A stretch of 64,000 bases of DNA from contig OY762007.1 in NCBI GenBank assembly GCA_963665115.1, positions 3,392,001-3,456,000 of the forward strand, in the 5' to 3' direction. The position numbers and the translations under genes are program-made. Under the pieces are notes generated by a model. It worked only from the letters and a program-made list of their open reading frames with translations, had not been told where the DNA came from and ran no database searches. Of the stretch, positions 10,631 to 21,534 are shown in pieces. Positions within the stretch are counted from its first letter, which is position 1. Every line of letters starts with the position of its first letter. Source of the DNA: an uncultured Rivularia sp. Its GTDB lineage: Bacteria > Cyanobacteriota > Cyanobacteriia > Cyanobacteriales > Nostocaceae.

Positions 10631-11146
10631 TTAATCGGGGTTAATTCGCATCAAAGGTTGACCATATTCTACAGAAGCGCCATTTTCAACCAAAATTTCC
10701 ATCACTTGACCCGATAATTCGGCTTCGATTTCGTTCATCAACTTCATGGCTTCAATGATACATACCGTATCGCTTTTACGTATGCGATCGCCTACTTCTA
10801 CAAATGCCGATTCACCTGGTGCGGGGGCACGGTAAAAGGTTCCTACCATTGGCGAAAAAATTTCGATGAATTTCGATTCCTTGCTTGTAGAAGCTGCGTT
10901 ACCTTGCCCTCCACTTCCACTCTCCGAACCACCGCGATTGAGATTTTCTGCCGTTGAAGAAATATCTGGAGACGAAACACCAGTCGCAGATGGTAACGTT
11001 ACCACTTCTGGTGCAGCCTGATGAACAAAGTTAACACCCTTACGTACCGTTAGCTCAAAATTTTCGCTTTTAAGATTTACTTCTGAAATATCTGTTTGTG
11101 CAATAGTCGCCAACAGTTGGCGAATTTCGTTAAAGTCTAATGACAC
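10631..11146 (-). CDS. accB: Acetyl-CoA carboxylase biotin carboxyl carrier protein
   Basis: SPMVGTFY and the EAMKLMNEI biotinylation motif; follows efp as usual in cyanobacteria. Confidence 0.98.
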   Translation of the reverse strand: MSLDFNEIRQLLATIAQTDISEVNLKSENFELTVRKGVNFVHQAAPEVVTLPSATGVSSPDISSTAENLNRGGSESGSGGQGNAASTSKESKFIEIFSPMVGTFYRAPAPGESAFVEVGDRIRKSDTVCIIEAMKLMNEIEAELSGQVMEILVENGASVEYGQPLMRINPD

Positions 11147-11271
11147 AGTTAAAATGACCTCATGGGATTAGTTTATAGATAATCAATCGATATATTAGAA
11201 TTCCTTAAAACGGTAGGGATAAATATCCCCCCGTAGTAAGATGACAAAAGAGCGTTTTTTCAAGACGAAAT

Positions 11272-11838
11272 TTAACTTCCAGTTTCTCTACCTAGATATT
11301 TATCATCACGGGTATCGATCCGAATACGTTCTCCTTGAGAAATAAACAAAGGAACCATAACACTTGCTCCACTTTCGAGCTTTGCGGGTTTAGTACCACC
11401 TGTAGCAGTGTCACCTTTTACGCCGGGATCGGTTTCTACAACTTCCAATACCACAGCATTTGGCAATTCTACCTCTAGTACTTCTTCGTTCCAACGAATA
11501 ACGTTGACTTCCATACCTTCGTTAAGATACTTAACGCGATCGCCAATTTGTTGGGAACTCAAACGGCTCTCTTCATAGGTTTCCATATCCATAAAGACGA
11601 ACTCATCACCTTCTTTATAGGTATGTTGCATGGTACTTTTTTCCAAAGTAGCTTGAGGAACAGTTTCCCCAGCCCGGAAGGTTTTTTCTACAGTATTACC
11701 ACTCGTCACACTTTTCAGTTTCGTGCGTACAAAAGCAGAACCTTTACCCGGCTTAACGTGAAGGAATTCCACCACTCGCCACACCGTACCATCTAATACA
11801 ATCGAGACACCAGTACGAAAATCGTTACTCGAAATCAT
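11272..11838 (-). CDS. efp: Elongation factor P
   Basis: [35 protein letters not shown]. Confidence 0.99.
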   Translation of the reverse strand: MISSNDFRTGVSIVLDGTVWRVVEFLHVKPGKGSAFVRTKLKSVTSGNTVEKTFRAGETVPQATLEKSTMQHTYKEGDEFVFMDMETYEESRLSSQQIGDRVKYLNEGMEVNVIRWNEEVLEVELPNAVVLEVVETDPGVKGDTATGGTKPAKLESGASVMVPLFISQGERIRIDTRDDKYLGRETGS

Positions 11839-11919
11839 GAAATTTTCTATATATGGGAAGACAATCGGCATTTATTGTACCCCCCTATAGCAAAAATAGG
11901 ATAATTCGTAATTAAATAT

Positions 11920-12186
11920 TGGGCATTGGGGGATTGGGGATTGGGGATTGGGTAATGGGTAATGGGTAATGGGTAATGGGGGATTAGAGATTTGGGATTA
12001 GATATAAAAAAAGGGAGCAAGAGGAGTAATGGGTAATGGGGGATTTGGGATGGGGCATTGGGGATTGGCAATGGGTAATGGGAATTGGAGATTTGGGATT
12101 AGATATAAAAAACGGGAGCAAGATGCTCCCACTACAGATAGTTATATAACTCCTAACTCCTAATTCCTAATTCCTAACTCCTAACT
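11920..12186. repeat. STRR heptamer tracts (TGGGGAT, TGGGTAA, CTCCTAA) with an internal ~38-bp direct duplication
   Basis: Tandem 7-mers; GAGATTTGGGATTAGATATAAAAAA.GGGAGCAAGA occurs twice. Similar tracts at 10049-10095, 22350-22397, 30258-30296, 41447-41525, 43112-43143, 45385-45470. Confidence 0.9.
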
Positions 12187-12220
12187 GTACAGACGTAGCA
12201 CTGCTACGTCTCTACACTGC

Positions 12221-12859
12221 TTACTGCTCACCGATCACTGCCAAGGCGATCGCTGGGGGTAAAATTCGATGTTCTTGAATTTGAATTCTGGCGTGGAGTG
12301 TATCTGAGGTATCGTCGGGTAGTACTGGTACTGCTGCTTGCATGAGGATTTTACCGCTGTCCATTTCTAAGGAAACTAAATGTACGGTACAGCCAGTTAT
12401 TTTGACTTTGGCTTCTATTGCTTGTTCTATTGCTCGTACTCCTTTGAAGCTGGGTAATAAGCTGGGATGAATATTAATTATTTTTTGGGGAAATGCATCG
12501 ATCAGTATTTGAGTTACTAAGCGCATCCAGCCAGCCATTATTACCCACTCCACACCATGTTGATGCAGTGTTTGTACAATTTGCTTATCTAATTCTTCTC
12601 GGTGCTTGTAGTCGCGATGATTGATGAGTACGCTTTTGATTTTCCAGTTGTCTGCACGTACTGCGGCATAAGCATCTGGATTGTTGTAAATTAAAACTTG
12701 AATTTGAGCGTTTAATTGTCCGTTTTTAATAGCCTGGGCAACTGCTTCAAAATTACTACCGTTACCAGAAGCCATTATTCCCAATTTTATCGGCTTGCTT
12801 GATGCTTGTGAATTATTGGGGATATCGGGAGATACTAAACTTGGGGAAACGGAAGTCAT
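12221..12859 (-). CDS. purN: Phosphoribosylglycinamide formyltransferase
   Basis: SGNGSNF, AGWMR, INIHPSLLPSFKG, GCTVH...MDSG. Confidence 0.98.
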   Translation of the reverse strand: MTSVSPSLVSPDIPNNSQASSKPIKLGIMASGNGSNFEAVAQAIKNGQLNAQIQVLIYNNPDAYAAVRADNWKIKSVLINHRDYKHREELDKQIVQTLHQHGVEWVIMAGWMRLVTQILIDAFPQKIINIHPSLLPSFKGVRAIEQAIEAKVKITGCTVHLVSLEMDSGKILMQAAVPVLPDDTSDTLHARIQIQEHRILPPAIALAVIGEQ

Positions 12860-12989
12860 ATCGATATATAAATTGGTAGCAGAACAAATATTATCGCTTT
12901 TTCGGTGTTGCTACCAAAAGTATAAAAGTCGATTGAATGTCAAAGGTCAAAAATATAATTTTTTAGTAATCAATTAAATTTGTATTCTT

Positions 12990-13057
12990 GTAGGGTGTGT
13001 TACGGCAAAAAATAATTTTCTTGAAATACGACTATTATCATAATGCCGTAACGCACC
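12990..13057. repeat. GTAG-type inverted repeat family GTAGGGTGyGTTA...TAACGCACC (also 21450-21516, 44245-44277)
   Basis: Three intergenic copies with conserved inverted ends and variable middles. Confidence 0.7.
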
Positions 13058-13080
13058 ATTATCTTAAATAATTTATTCAT

Positions 13081-13599
13081 CTATCTTGAAGCTTGAAAAC
13101 CAGATGGACATTTAATATCTTCCGATTTCGTTGCATTTTCAGGTAATTTCGGGATTTGAGGAAGTTTAGATAAAGGTAAAGACTTAATGCTTTGACACAT
13201 TTTCATAATAATATCCTTATCGTCTACTTTTATAACGTAAACCAATCCAATATAACTTTTAAGTCCTTTACGTCTAGCTGTACTTATATTCATTACTCTT
13301 TGAAGATTTGATTTGGAGACGAATTCAATAAAATAATTGTTTGTTTTATGAAAGTACTTATCGGTTTCTGGTTGAAAGCCAAAAAGCTCTTGTATTTCGT
13401 TAAGTGTAGCCAATCGATTATTTTCTTTAAAGAAAGCTTCTTGAGCGCGATTCATAGAAACAGCAAAAGTTTTACCTACATTTAACGCCAATTTTCCATC
13501 TCTTTGTAGAAAATTAGGTAGAAAAAATATGATTAAAACTAATAAGAATATAGGAGTTATTATATAAATATTTTTATTATGTTTCCAATTCATTTTCAT
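13081..13599 (-). CDS. Type IV pilin-like G/H family protein
   Basis: N-terminal TM; SMNRAQEAFFKENNR; LKSYIG; C-terminal Cys pair ending CPSG. Confidence 0.8.
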   Translation of the reverse strand: MKMNWKHNKNIYIITPIFLLVLIIFFLPNFLQRDGKLALNVGKTFAVSMNRAQEAFFKENNRLATLNEIQELFGFQPETDKYFHKTNNYFIEFVSKSNLQRVMNISTARRKGLKSYIGLVYVIKVDDKDIIMKMCQSIKSLPLSKLPQIPKLPENATKSEDIKCPSGFQASR

Positions 13600-13790
13600 T
13601 TTATTAATCGTAACTTACTATCTCTAGATTGTCACTATCTATACAATAGCTCTGAATATAGTTATCCGTAGGAGCGGTATTTGAAAATTGTTAGTGAGGT
13701 AATCAAAATGTTCAGGTTAAGATTGAAAATATTTTGTTGTTGCTAATTTTAAACGCAAAGGTACGCTGAGAGGAATATTGAAATTAAGTT

Positions 13791-14303
13791 TTAAATAATT
13801 GTTATTAAATAGCGAATTTCGCGGAGTTCAAAGTTTTGTCGGATATCAATTTTTGTTGCTCCATCTGGTTGAAGCCCCATTTTTTGATAGAAGCTACAAG
13901 CTGGTTGATTGGTGTCAAGAACCCACAATGTAACTTGGGTGAATTCTTGATTTTTCATATTTTCTAAAATAAATTCAAAAAGTTCTGTCCCCAAGCCTTT
14001 TCTCCTATCTTGGGGATTAAGATATATAGATGTTATTTCCCCGGTTACGGTAGAATCCTTATCTTCGTCGCGGGTGTTTCCGAAATTAGCAAAACCTACA
14101 ACCGTACCGTTAATTTCTTTTACTATAGTATGAGTTTTGGAATCAATTAAAATATTTCGCCAAGCTTGTTCGCGTTTTGCAATTGATAAGTTATCTAAGT
14201 AGCTTTGAGGAATTAAACCTTTATAAGCTACTTGCCAAGAGTTAACATGAATTGTGGCAATATCTTTGATATCTTCAAGAGTTGCGGTTCTAATAGTCAT
14301 CAA
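13791..14303 (-). CDS. GNAT family N-acetyltransferase
   Basis: IYLNPQDRRKGLGTEL motif A; LWVLDTNQPACSFYQKMG. Confidence 0.92.
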   Translation of the reverse strand: MMTIRTATLEDIKDIATIHVNSWQVAYKGLIPQSYLDNLSIAKREQAWRNILIDSKTHTIVKEINGTVVGFANFGNTRDEDKDSTVTGEITSIYLNPQDRRKGLGTELFEFILENMKNQEFTQVTLWVLDTNQPACSFYQKMGLQPDGATKIDIRQNFELREIRYLITII

Positions 14304-14353
14304 TAGAAGATAGTTTTAGTACCCAGATAAAAAAAGCTGGGTTTACTGTTTAA

Positions 14354-14548
14354 TCAAACATCAACATTTATCTGTTCTATCTGTCTAGCAGCTTTCTCCC
14401 AAAGTTTTGCTGAAGCTTCATCTTGCCAATGAGTCCTCAGATTTTCTGCTTTTTTATGACATATTCGCTCTAGCAATTCTAAAATTGTGGGTAATGTCAA
14501 TTTATCAACTAACCCTTCCACAATTTCCATATATTCTTTGTGTATCAT
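14354..14548 (-). CDS. Small hypothetical protein (64 aa)
   Basis: AAGGAG RBS, helical composition, downstream hairpin 14322-14343. Confidence 0.75.
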   Translation of the reverse strand: MIHKEYMEIVEGLVDKLTLPTILELLERICHKKAENLRTHWQDEASAKLWEKAARQIEQINVDV

Positions 14549-14830
14549 AATTAGCTCCTTAATGTCCGCTAATATCTTATGAAAAAACCATGCAAAATTA
14601 TTTTAACTTCGCAAATATTGTATTAAGTTTTATTACTCGTTTTGCTCGATATTTTATCAGTTTCTACACGTAGTTTAACATCTAATATAATATTTAATTT
14701 TTATGATTTATATAAATAAACAAAAAGTGTTTAAAGCTGGTTATGGAGCGAAACTTGATATAAACACATCAATATATCAAATAGTAAACTAACGGATATT
14801 GTTATTCGCAACTAAACCCGTCAGTTTGTT

Positions 14831-14946
14831 TATAGCGTTTCTCAATCTGGTGAAGTACAGCTTTCTTTATCTCCCCTCTCCTTAATAAGGAGAGGGGTTG
14901 GGGGTGAGGTTTTAAGATGTACCTCGATAGACCGGGAAGCGCTATA
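14831..14946. mobile_element. MITE carrying an internal CCCCTCTCC palindromic repeat
   Basis: TIRs TATAGCGTTTCTCAATCTGGTGAAGTACA / TGTACCTCGATAGACCGGGAAGCGCTATA; inner CCCCTCTCCTTAATAAGGAGAGGGG. Confidence 0.75.
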
Positions 14947-14990
14947 TTAGTACTCCTTTTATTATTTAGAGTTGAATTTATAGATTAGAA

Positions 14991-15455
14991 TTACAGCTTG
15001 GCTTGGGCAAGTTTAAATAAATCCTCATTTCCATAAGACCACAAAACTCTAAATTTCCAGTGTTTAATTTTCCATTGAGATTCGCTACGCATCAGTTGAA
15101 CTGTATAGTAACCGCCCATTTCAAATACAGAATCGCCTCGATCGTTTGGTAGAAAATGCATGGCTCGTACATGAGCTTGACAAGTTGCCAAATCGCCTTC
15201 TACTTTTACTTGATGGTTGGTAATCTGGTGTTGAGTCGCTTGAAATCCCGACAAATCGTGACGAGCGGTGTTGGCAATTTCTTCGGGTGACAATTGCCCG
15301 GATTTGACTCCAATTGAAGAATAGTCGAATTCGGTGGGATTATGAAACAGGCTTTGCAACTTCTCCCAATCTCGCAAATCAATCGCTAATCCGAATGCGC
15401 TTACAAGTTCGATAATACTTAAGGTATCTGTCAATAATCTAATTTGTTCGTTCAT
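14991..15455 (-). CDS. SnoaL-like/NTF2 family protein
   Basis: AIDLRDW, TQHQITNHQV.VEGD.A, GGYY...WKI. Start overlaps the OYE stop. Confidence 0.88.
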   Translation of the reverse strand: MNEQIRLLTDTLSIIELVSAFGLAIDLRDWEKLQSLFHNPTEFDYSSIGVKSGQLSPEEIANTARHDLSGFQATQHQITNHQVKVEGDLATCQAHVRAMHFLPNDRGDSVFEMGGYYTVQLMRSESQWKIKHWKFRVLWSYGNEDLFKLAQAKL

Positions 15456-16549
15456 TAGGATTCCCCAACTGATTCGCGGTTAAGAAATGGATAATCTGTG
15501 TAGCCACGCTCATCACCATCGTAAAATGTTGAACCATCCGGCTCATTCAAGGTTGCATTTAAAGCAAAACGTTTAGGTAAATCGGGATTGGCTATAAATA
15601 GTCTGCCAAAAGATATCAAATCCGCCATACCACTTTTCAAAATTTCATTGGCTTTCTCGCGGTTATAATCTCCATTTACCATCAGCACACCTTTAAAAAT
15701 AGAGCGGAAAAACGCTGCATCTAATCCAGTGTCAGTACCCCATTGATTGGGTTCCATTAGATGAAAATAAGCAAGGTCGAATGTATTCAAGGCATCGACG
15801 ACATACTTAAATGTTGTAGTGCGGTCTGAGTCCTCCATGCTGTAATTTGTACCGCTGGGTGAAAGTCTTACTCCTACTCGGTTTTTACCCCATACGGCTG
15901 TCACGGATTCTATAACTTCAAGCAGGAATCGAGCGCGATTTTCTACTGAACCACCATAATTATCGGTACGTTTATTAGAGCCATCTTGTAAAAATTCATC
16001 GATTAAATAGCCGTTTGCTCCGTGAATTTCCACACCATCAAACCCTGCCGTCAAAGCATTTTCTGCTCCTTGACGAAACTGCTCTACTATCCCCGTAATT
16101 TCTGCTGTTTCGAGCGCTCTGGGTGCAACCATTGACGGACGACCATCGGGTGTGTATGCGTGTCCTTCTGCTGCGATCGCACTCGGAGCAACTGGAAGTG
16201 CTTGGTTTTCCTGAAGTGCGGGATGAGAAGTACGTCCTGCGTGCCATAGCTGAAGAAAAATTTTCCCCCCTACTGCATGAACTACATTTGTGATTTTTTG
16301 CCACCCGGCGATTTGTTCGGGGGAATGAATTCCCGGACTGCGAGCGTATCCGCGAGCTTGCGGCGATATTTGAGTTGCTTCTGTGATGATTAGTCCGGCG
16401 GAAGCTCTTTGGGTGTAATAAGTTGCATTCATCTGAGTGGGAGCATTCCCGACTCCTGCCCGCATCCGGGTTAGAGGTGCCATAATTATTCGATTCGGTA
16501 AAGTGAGAGAACCGATTTGAATGGCCGTGAATATATCTGTATTTGTCAT
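15455..16549 (-). CDS. Alkene reductase (old yellow enzyme, NemA-like)
   Basis: MAPLTRMRA, QLWHAGR, EIHGANGYL, FIANPDLP. Confidence 0.96.
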   Translation of the reverse strand: MTNTDIFTAIQIGSLTLPNRIIMAPLTRMRAGVGNAPTQMNATYYTQRASAGLIITEATQISPQARGYARSPGIHSPEQIAGWQKITNVVHAVGGKIFLQLWHAGRTSHPALQENQALPVAPSAIAAEGHAYTPDGRPSMVAPRALETAEITGIVEQFRQGAENALTAGFDGVEIHGANGYLIDEFLQDGSNKRTDNYGGSVENRARFLLEVIESVTAVWGKNRVGVRLSPSGTNYSMEDSDRTTTFKYVVDALNTFDLAYFHLMEPNQWGTDTGLDAAFFRSIFKGVLMVNGDYNREKANEILKSGMADLISFGRLFIANPDLPKRFALNATLNEPDGSTFYDGDERGYTDYPFLNRESVGES

Positions 16550-16616
16550 GTCTGGAATAATTGCGATACATAAAAGTTTCCTGTTTTCTGTTCCCTATTT
16601 CCCGTTCCCTTATTAT

Positions 16617-17390
16617 TCACAGCATTTGGCTGCCTCCATTCACCATTAAGTAAGTGCCAGTAATAAATCGCGCTGGCTCGGATGCCAATAGCAGAACACC
16701 ACCTGCAATGTCTTCAGGCTGGGCATTTCGCCGTAGGGGTGTTTGCTCTGCAATGCTATCTTTCCATTCCTGCGGTTGATCCGATAGGGCATCTGTAAGA
16801 GTAACACCAGGAGCAACAGCATTAACGCGAATTCCTTGGGGACCTAATTCTGTGGCAAGACTTTTTACAAAACCGTCAATTCCCGATTTTGCGGTTGTGT
16901 GAGCAGAAAAACCTGAATCTGCATGACGGGAGGTGATTGAACTAATAGCAATGATGCAACCGCTTTTATTTTCCACCATTGAAGGCACAACTGCTTTGCA
17001 GGGATAAAACGCTGACTTTAATTCTGCTGTTAACTTTGCTTCAAACTCTTCCCAAGATTGTTCCATCAACGGAGCAATTTTAAACGAAGCATTTGCATTC
17101 AAAACCAAGGTATCAACATCACCAAACGCTTCTTTAACTTGTTTAACCATCGATTCAACTTGCGTTTTATCTCGTACATCGGCTTGTACGGCAATTGCCT
17201 TACCACCACCAGACACAATATCGTCTACAACTTCTTGAGCAGCATCTTTACTGCTGTGATAGTTAATACCTACTGCTGCACCATGTTCAGCAAAAAGTTT
17301 CGCAATAGCAGCTCCAATACCTCGACTTGAACCAGTGACGATCGCCACTCGGTTTTGCAGCAGTTTTGCAGTTTGTGTAGTGCTTGTCAT
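16617..17390 (-). CDS. SDR oxidoreductase (HxxxK in place of YxxxK)
   Basis: TGSSRGIG; SAHTTAKSG; VNAVAPG. Confidence 0.93.
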   Translation of the reverse strand: MTSTTQTAKLLQNRVAIVTGSSRGIGAAIAKLFAEHGAAVGINYHSSKDAAQEVVDDIVSGGGKAIAVQADVRDKTQVESMVKQVKEAFGDVDTLVLNANASFKIAPLMEQSWEEFEAKLTAELKSAFYPCKAVVPSMVENKSGCIIAISSITSRHADSGFSAHTTAKSGIDGFVKSLATELGPQGIRVNAVAPGVTLTDALSDQPQEWKDSIAEQTPLRRNAQPEDIAGGVLLLASEPARFITGTYLMVNGGSQML

Positions 17391-17419
17391 TTCTGTTTCC
17401 TACTAAATAGTTGTGATAT

Positions 17420-17716
17420 TTATGCAATGGTTCGGTAAAATCGCACGTCGGGGGGAGTTTCGATTAAACTTTCCATTTTTGCTTCAGCAGTTTTGGTATG
17501 AGATGCACTGCTGTGATTGTCGAGAGCGGTTTGTGATTCCCATTCTTCAACCAGCACAAACTCGGCTGAATCGCTATGATTTTGCAGCAATTCGTAATGA
17601 AGGCAGCCAGATTCTTGATGAGTTGGTTTGACTATACCGCTCAAAACTGACTTAACTTCGTTTTCTTTTCCGGCTTTTGCAATGATTCGCGCTACAACTC
17701 GAATTGGTTCTTTCAC
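17420..17716 (-). CDS. ABM-family putative quinol monooxygenase
   Basis: ESGCLHYEL...FVLVEEWES..ALDNH; AGGAG RBS with GTG start. Confidence 0.9.
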   Translation of the reverse strand: MKEPIRVVARIIAKAGKENEVKSVLSGIVKPTHQESGCLHYELLQNHSDSAEFVLVEEWESQTALDNHSSASHTKTAEAKMESLIETPPDVRFYRTIA

Positions 17717-17818
17717 GTCTTACTCCTATCTTGCTCTAACATTGTCTATCTCTCTTCCTTCCTCTACGGTTTTTTTCCTCAGTATCTGTCGTAAGGAAAT
17801 ATTACTTAGATTATTGAA

Positions 17819-18727
17819 TTACTTATTCGCTGCTTTCCAAGCTGCATAATAAGTTTCAATTTCATCGATAACCCCAATGTGACGCGGAACCCATCCCAGA
17901 AGACGACGCGCTTTTTGTGAGGTAATAAACTCATTTTGGTCAAACCATACGCTAGTTACATCATCTTCTTGAGGTTCGGCAAACTCAATTTCACCGCTGT
18001 AACCAGTCGCTTTGAGACAAGCTTGCATAATTTCAAGACATTTGGGACGCTGTTCGTCAGCAATACAAAACACTTCACCGTCGATCGCCTTACTACTTTC
18101 AACTACCCGCACGTAAGCTTCTGCTAAATCACGAACGTGTACCCAACTCCATCCCTTCTCTTTGTCACCACGGTAAATAGCTTTTTGTTGCTCTCCCATT
18201 TGAAACCACATCCCGGTAACGCTGGATTTTCCATCTAATCCGTACATAAAACCGGGACGCAATACGACTTTTTGACAGTTGGGAATCGACATTGCAAACA
18301 GCTTTTTCTCCATTTCCATGCGAAAAGCAAGCTTATGTTCGGGATTTGCAGGTGTGGTTTCATCCATAACACGCTCCGGACGTTTGCCGTAAATTGAGCA
18401 GCCTGTTGTATATACAAAGCAGCGATTTCGATTTGAAGATTCTGCAACCTGACGTAGCGTATCAAACAATGCTAAATCGGTACCTTGTGGATTTTCAAAA
18501 TCCATCATGGCGTGAACCACTGCATCACCATCTTCGATAAACCGACGATAAGTATCAGGTTTGCTGACATCACCAATCGCCAACTCTACTTCATGTTTTT
18601 GCAATTCACGAGCGCGGGGTTTACTGTCGTCTCGCGTTAATCCGTATACATGATGTCCCGCTTCACGAAGTGCAATGGCTGCGTAAAATCCGGCGTATCC
18701 AGTTGCACCTGTTACAAGTACTTTCAT
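17819..18727 (-). CDS. NAD-dependent epimerase/dehydratase family protein
   Basis: VLVTGATGYAG, LRPGFMYG, WVHVRDLAEAY. Confidence 0.92.
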   Translation of the reverse strand: MKVLVTGATGYAGFYAAIALREAGHHVYGLTRDDSKPRARELQKHEVELAIGDVSKPDTYRRFIEDGDAVVHAMMDFENPQGTDLALFDTLRQVAESSNRNRCFVYTTGCSIYGKRPERVMDETTPANPEHKLAFRMEMEKKLFAMSIPNCQKVVLRPGFMYGLDGKSSVTGMWFQMGEQQKAIYRGDKEKGWSWVHVRDLAEAYVRVVESSKAIDGEVFCIADEQRPKCLEIMQACLKATGYSGEIEFAEPQEDDVTSVWFDQNEFITSQKARRLLGWVPRHIGVIDEIETYYAAWKAANK

Positions 18728-18801
18728 TAATTTATTTTTTAGACTAGTAAGGCTAAATTGATGATAATTAGCGTAACGGTATTGCTCACAGCCCTCAATA
18801 A

Positions 18802-18831
18802 CAAATCTTGCTGATTGTTTTCAAATCTTGC
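18802..18831 (-). promoter_or_regulatory. Putative AraC-type tandem binding site
   Basis: Direct repeat CAAATCTTGC x2 with 20-bp spacing, between the AraC gene and the downstream operon. Confidence 0.55.
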
Positions 18832-18986
18832 GATTAAGGTGAAATCTCTCACTTTAGATAGACTTAGCGATCGACTGCATTAGTTTTGGATGGTTCATTT
18901 CTGCGTTTACCGTAGGTGCGGCTCAATGTCGGGAGACGTAGCACTGCTACGTCTCTACAATCCTGCGGAACTAATGCAATTGACGA

Positions 18987-19883
18987 CTAAAGTTTTTGTC
19001 TGTATTTCGATGGAGTGATGCCGGTGTGCTTGCGAAAAAAGTTGGTAAACTGTGCCGGGGTTGAGTATCCCAATTGATAACTAATTTCTACGATTGATAA
19101 TTGCGGTATCTTTAGTAATTGTTTCGCTAATTCAATGCGTTTTTTGATTACATACTGCCAAGGTGTTAATCCGGTACTCTCTTTGAATACGCGGCAAAAG
19201 TGATACTGGCTCATAGCAATTGTTGCTGCAATTTCTTCTAGAGACAACTTTTCGTTTAAATGAGCGTGAATATAATCTTTTGCTTGTTTTATTTTTGCGT
19301 CTTCGGGTGGAATATTATTATCTTGAAGCGGGTATTTTTTATTAGTGTAAAACTGCATTAAATGGGCAACGAGAGCAATACCTAATGATTGTGCATAAAA
19401 ACGATTACCTGCCGAATCAGTTTGTAAAGCAGTTTTAAGGGACAATCCAATTTGGTGAATTAGTGGATCGGGTTGAGCAAAATGTGGTAACAGTTCGATG
19501 TTATTGGAATCAATAGATTCGGGAATAGTTCTTGCTAGGAAAGATGGTTCAAGGCTAATCATAATTAACCCTTGCTCACCTTTTGAATGAATCCAATGTC
19601 GGGTATAGGCAGGTACAACACAAACATCACCAGCGTGAATTTGTTCTTGTTGAAAACGATTTGCTAATTTGCGTTCAGCTTCAACAACTCCCTTAGTTTG
19701 AATTGCGATAACGTGCTGCGTGGGATAATGCTCTGGAGTTTCATGGGATGGAGAATCGTGATATTCGAGGTACATTCCATCCCAACCAGCTTGATGAGAA
19801 GACAGTCGGTTTGAATTGGAAATTACTTGCGAGGTTGCTGCTTCCTGACTAAAGTTGACTGCAATTAATTTGTCTGATGCCAT
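18987..19883 (-). CDS. AraC family transcriptional regulator
   Basis: C-terminal double HTH: LSLEEIA...MSQYHFCRVFK...GYSTPAQFTNFFRKHTGITPSKYR. Confidence 0.96.
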   Translation of the reverse strand: MASDKLIAVNFSQEAATSQVISNSNRLSSHQAGWDGMYLEYHDSPSHETPEHYPTQHVIAIQTKGVVEAERKLANRFQQEQIHAGDVCVVPAYTRHWIHSKGEQGLIMISLEPSFLARTIPESIDSNNIELLPHFAQPDPLIHQIGLSLKTALQTDSAGNRFYAQSLGIALVAHLMQFYTNKKYPLQDNNIPPEDAKIKQAKDYIHAHLNEKLSLEEIAATIAMSQYHFCRVFKESTGLTPWQYVIKKRIELAKQLLKIPQLSIVEISYQLGYSTPAQFTNFFRKHTGITPSKYRQKL

Positions 19884-19885
19884 GA

Positions 19886-20473
19886 TTAATTCAAAAACTC
19901 AATCCCATTTTTCTTCGCAGCCGAGACAATTTTATTAATGTCCAATTCGCTAGTCTTATAAGTAATTTCTGATTCGTCTTTTAAGCGAATACCTACTGCC
20001 GATAACATCTTGGGTAAAGCATCACTTCGACTTACTACTAAAACTTTTCCTTCTCCCATGCCAATATGTTTAAAGCCAAAAGGAACACCCGAAGGAATGG
20101 AAACAATCTCACCTTGGGTTACTTGGGTATTTTGCTCTGGCTCGGAGAAAGCAAACTCAAAGTCTCCTTTAATAATGTATATTTCTTCTGGAGCCTGAAG
20201 AACGTGTTTTCTTAATAGCAACCCTCCATATTCAGGTGGCTGAGTTATTTCAGTTCTAGAGATAACTTGAGAAATATTGCTATTAAAAGGTTTATAGGTA
20301 TTAAAAGTTTTATAGGTAAATATTTCTCTTCCTACTGCTACAGTTTTACTATAGTTGGGATGAAAAACTGATATGTTTTGAGAGGTTAAGGCAGCGGCAT
20401 CTAAAGTCGGATAAATTGTGGCTGTTAAAGACACAAATAAAACGAAGAAAATAGAAATTATTGTTTTCATCAT
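19886..20473 (-). CDS. Cupin domain protein with signal peptide
   Basis: HVLQAPEEIYIIKG...GEIVSIPSGVPFGF cupin motifs; hydrophobic N-terminus. Confidence 0.75.
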   Translation of the reverse strand: MMKTIISIFFVLFVSLTATIYPTLDAAALTSQNISVFHPNYSKTVAVGREIFTYKTFNTYKPFNSNISQVISRTEITQPPEYGGLLLRKHVLQAPEEIYIIKGDFEFAFSEPEQNTQVTQGEIVSIPSGVPFGFKHIGMGEGKVLVVSRSDALPKMLSAVGIRLKDESEITYKTSELDINKIVSAAKKNGIEFLN

Positions 20474-20542
20474 AATTTTTGGCTGTTAGATTAGTTAATA
20501 CAGTGCGAGTCTTTTTTAATATCCTAATAAACGAACGATTGT

Positions 20543-21283
20543 TTATGCCAAACCACCATTAGCGCGAATATTTTGTCCTGTAATCCAGCGTGCATTATCG
20601 CTAGCTAAAAAAGCCACAACATCGGCGATATCTTCCGTTTCTCCAATTCTTCCCAACGCTGCCATATCACCAAATTTCTTGATTTGTTCTTCAGTTTTAC
20701 CTTCGCGAAACAAAGGAGTATCTGTAGGTCCCGGAGAGACAACGTTAACTGTTATACCGCGACTTCCCACTTCTTTCGCCAACACTCGCGTAACTTGTTC
20801 TACCGCTCCCTTGGTGGCAACATATGCGCTGTAAGTCGGCAGCATCATAGCCGTGGTAGTACTAGAAATATTAATTATTCGTCCCCCTTGATTCATCCGT
20901 TTAACCGCTTGCTGACAGGCAAAATAAGTACCTTTAATATTGACAGCAACAATTTTATCAAAGTCTGCTTCTGTTATTTCTACTAAGGGTTTGTTAATAA
21001 TAATTCCGGCACAATTAACTAAAATATCGACTTGTCCCAACTTATCAACAGTTTGCTCAAATAAACTTTCTATTTCAGCAACTTTACCCACATCAGCCTG
21101 TAGAGAAATTGCCTTCCCTCCCTGCTGTTTGATTTCTGCAACTGTTTCGTTGGCTTTGTCTGCACTATGGGAATAATTGATAACTACAGTTGCACCATCT
21201 TTAGCTAGTTTTGTGGCGATCGCCTTACCGATACCGCGAGATGAGCCTGTGATAATTGCAACTTTGTTGTTTAAGTTTGTCAT
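20543..21283 (-). CDS. SDR oxidoreductase
   Basis: TGSSRGIG, NCAG, YVATK. Likely start MTNLNNK. Confidence 0.95.
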   Translation of the reverse strand: MTNLNNKVAIITGSSRGIGKAIATKLAKDGATVVINYSHSADKANETVAEIKQQGGKAISLQADVGKVAEIESLFEQTVDKLGQVDILVNCAGIIINKPLVEITEADFDKIVAVNIKGTYFACQQAVKRMNQGGRIINISSTTTAMMLPTYSAYVATKGAVEQVTRVLAKEVGSRGITVNVVSPGPTDTPLFREGKTEEQIKKFGDMAALGRIGETEDIADVVAFLASDNARWITGQNIRANGGLA

Positions 21284-21534
21284 TCTTCTTTTTTTGGAAT
21301 CAGAATTTGGGATATTGTTAAATCGAAGGAAGAGGGAAGAGGGAAGAAATTGTAATAGGGAATTCAATCCATATTTAGAGGTTAAAAATTTAGGTTGGTA
21401 CGTTAATCAAATATTACATTAAAGTAATTTGTTTGAGAATTAGATTCGATGGTGCGTTAGAGCATTACCAAAGGTATTTATGAAATCGAAATTTTTTGCG
21501 CTCTAACACACCCTATAAGGGAAATTATCAAGAA

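Noticed and set aside
11847..12071. ORFs made of heptamer repeats (also 10076-10264, 30438-30620, 44585-44812, 43005-43193)
   Set aside because: Translations of STRR tracts with no coding evidence.
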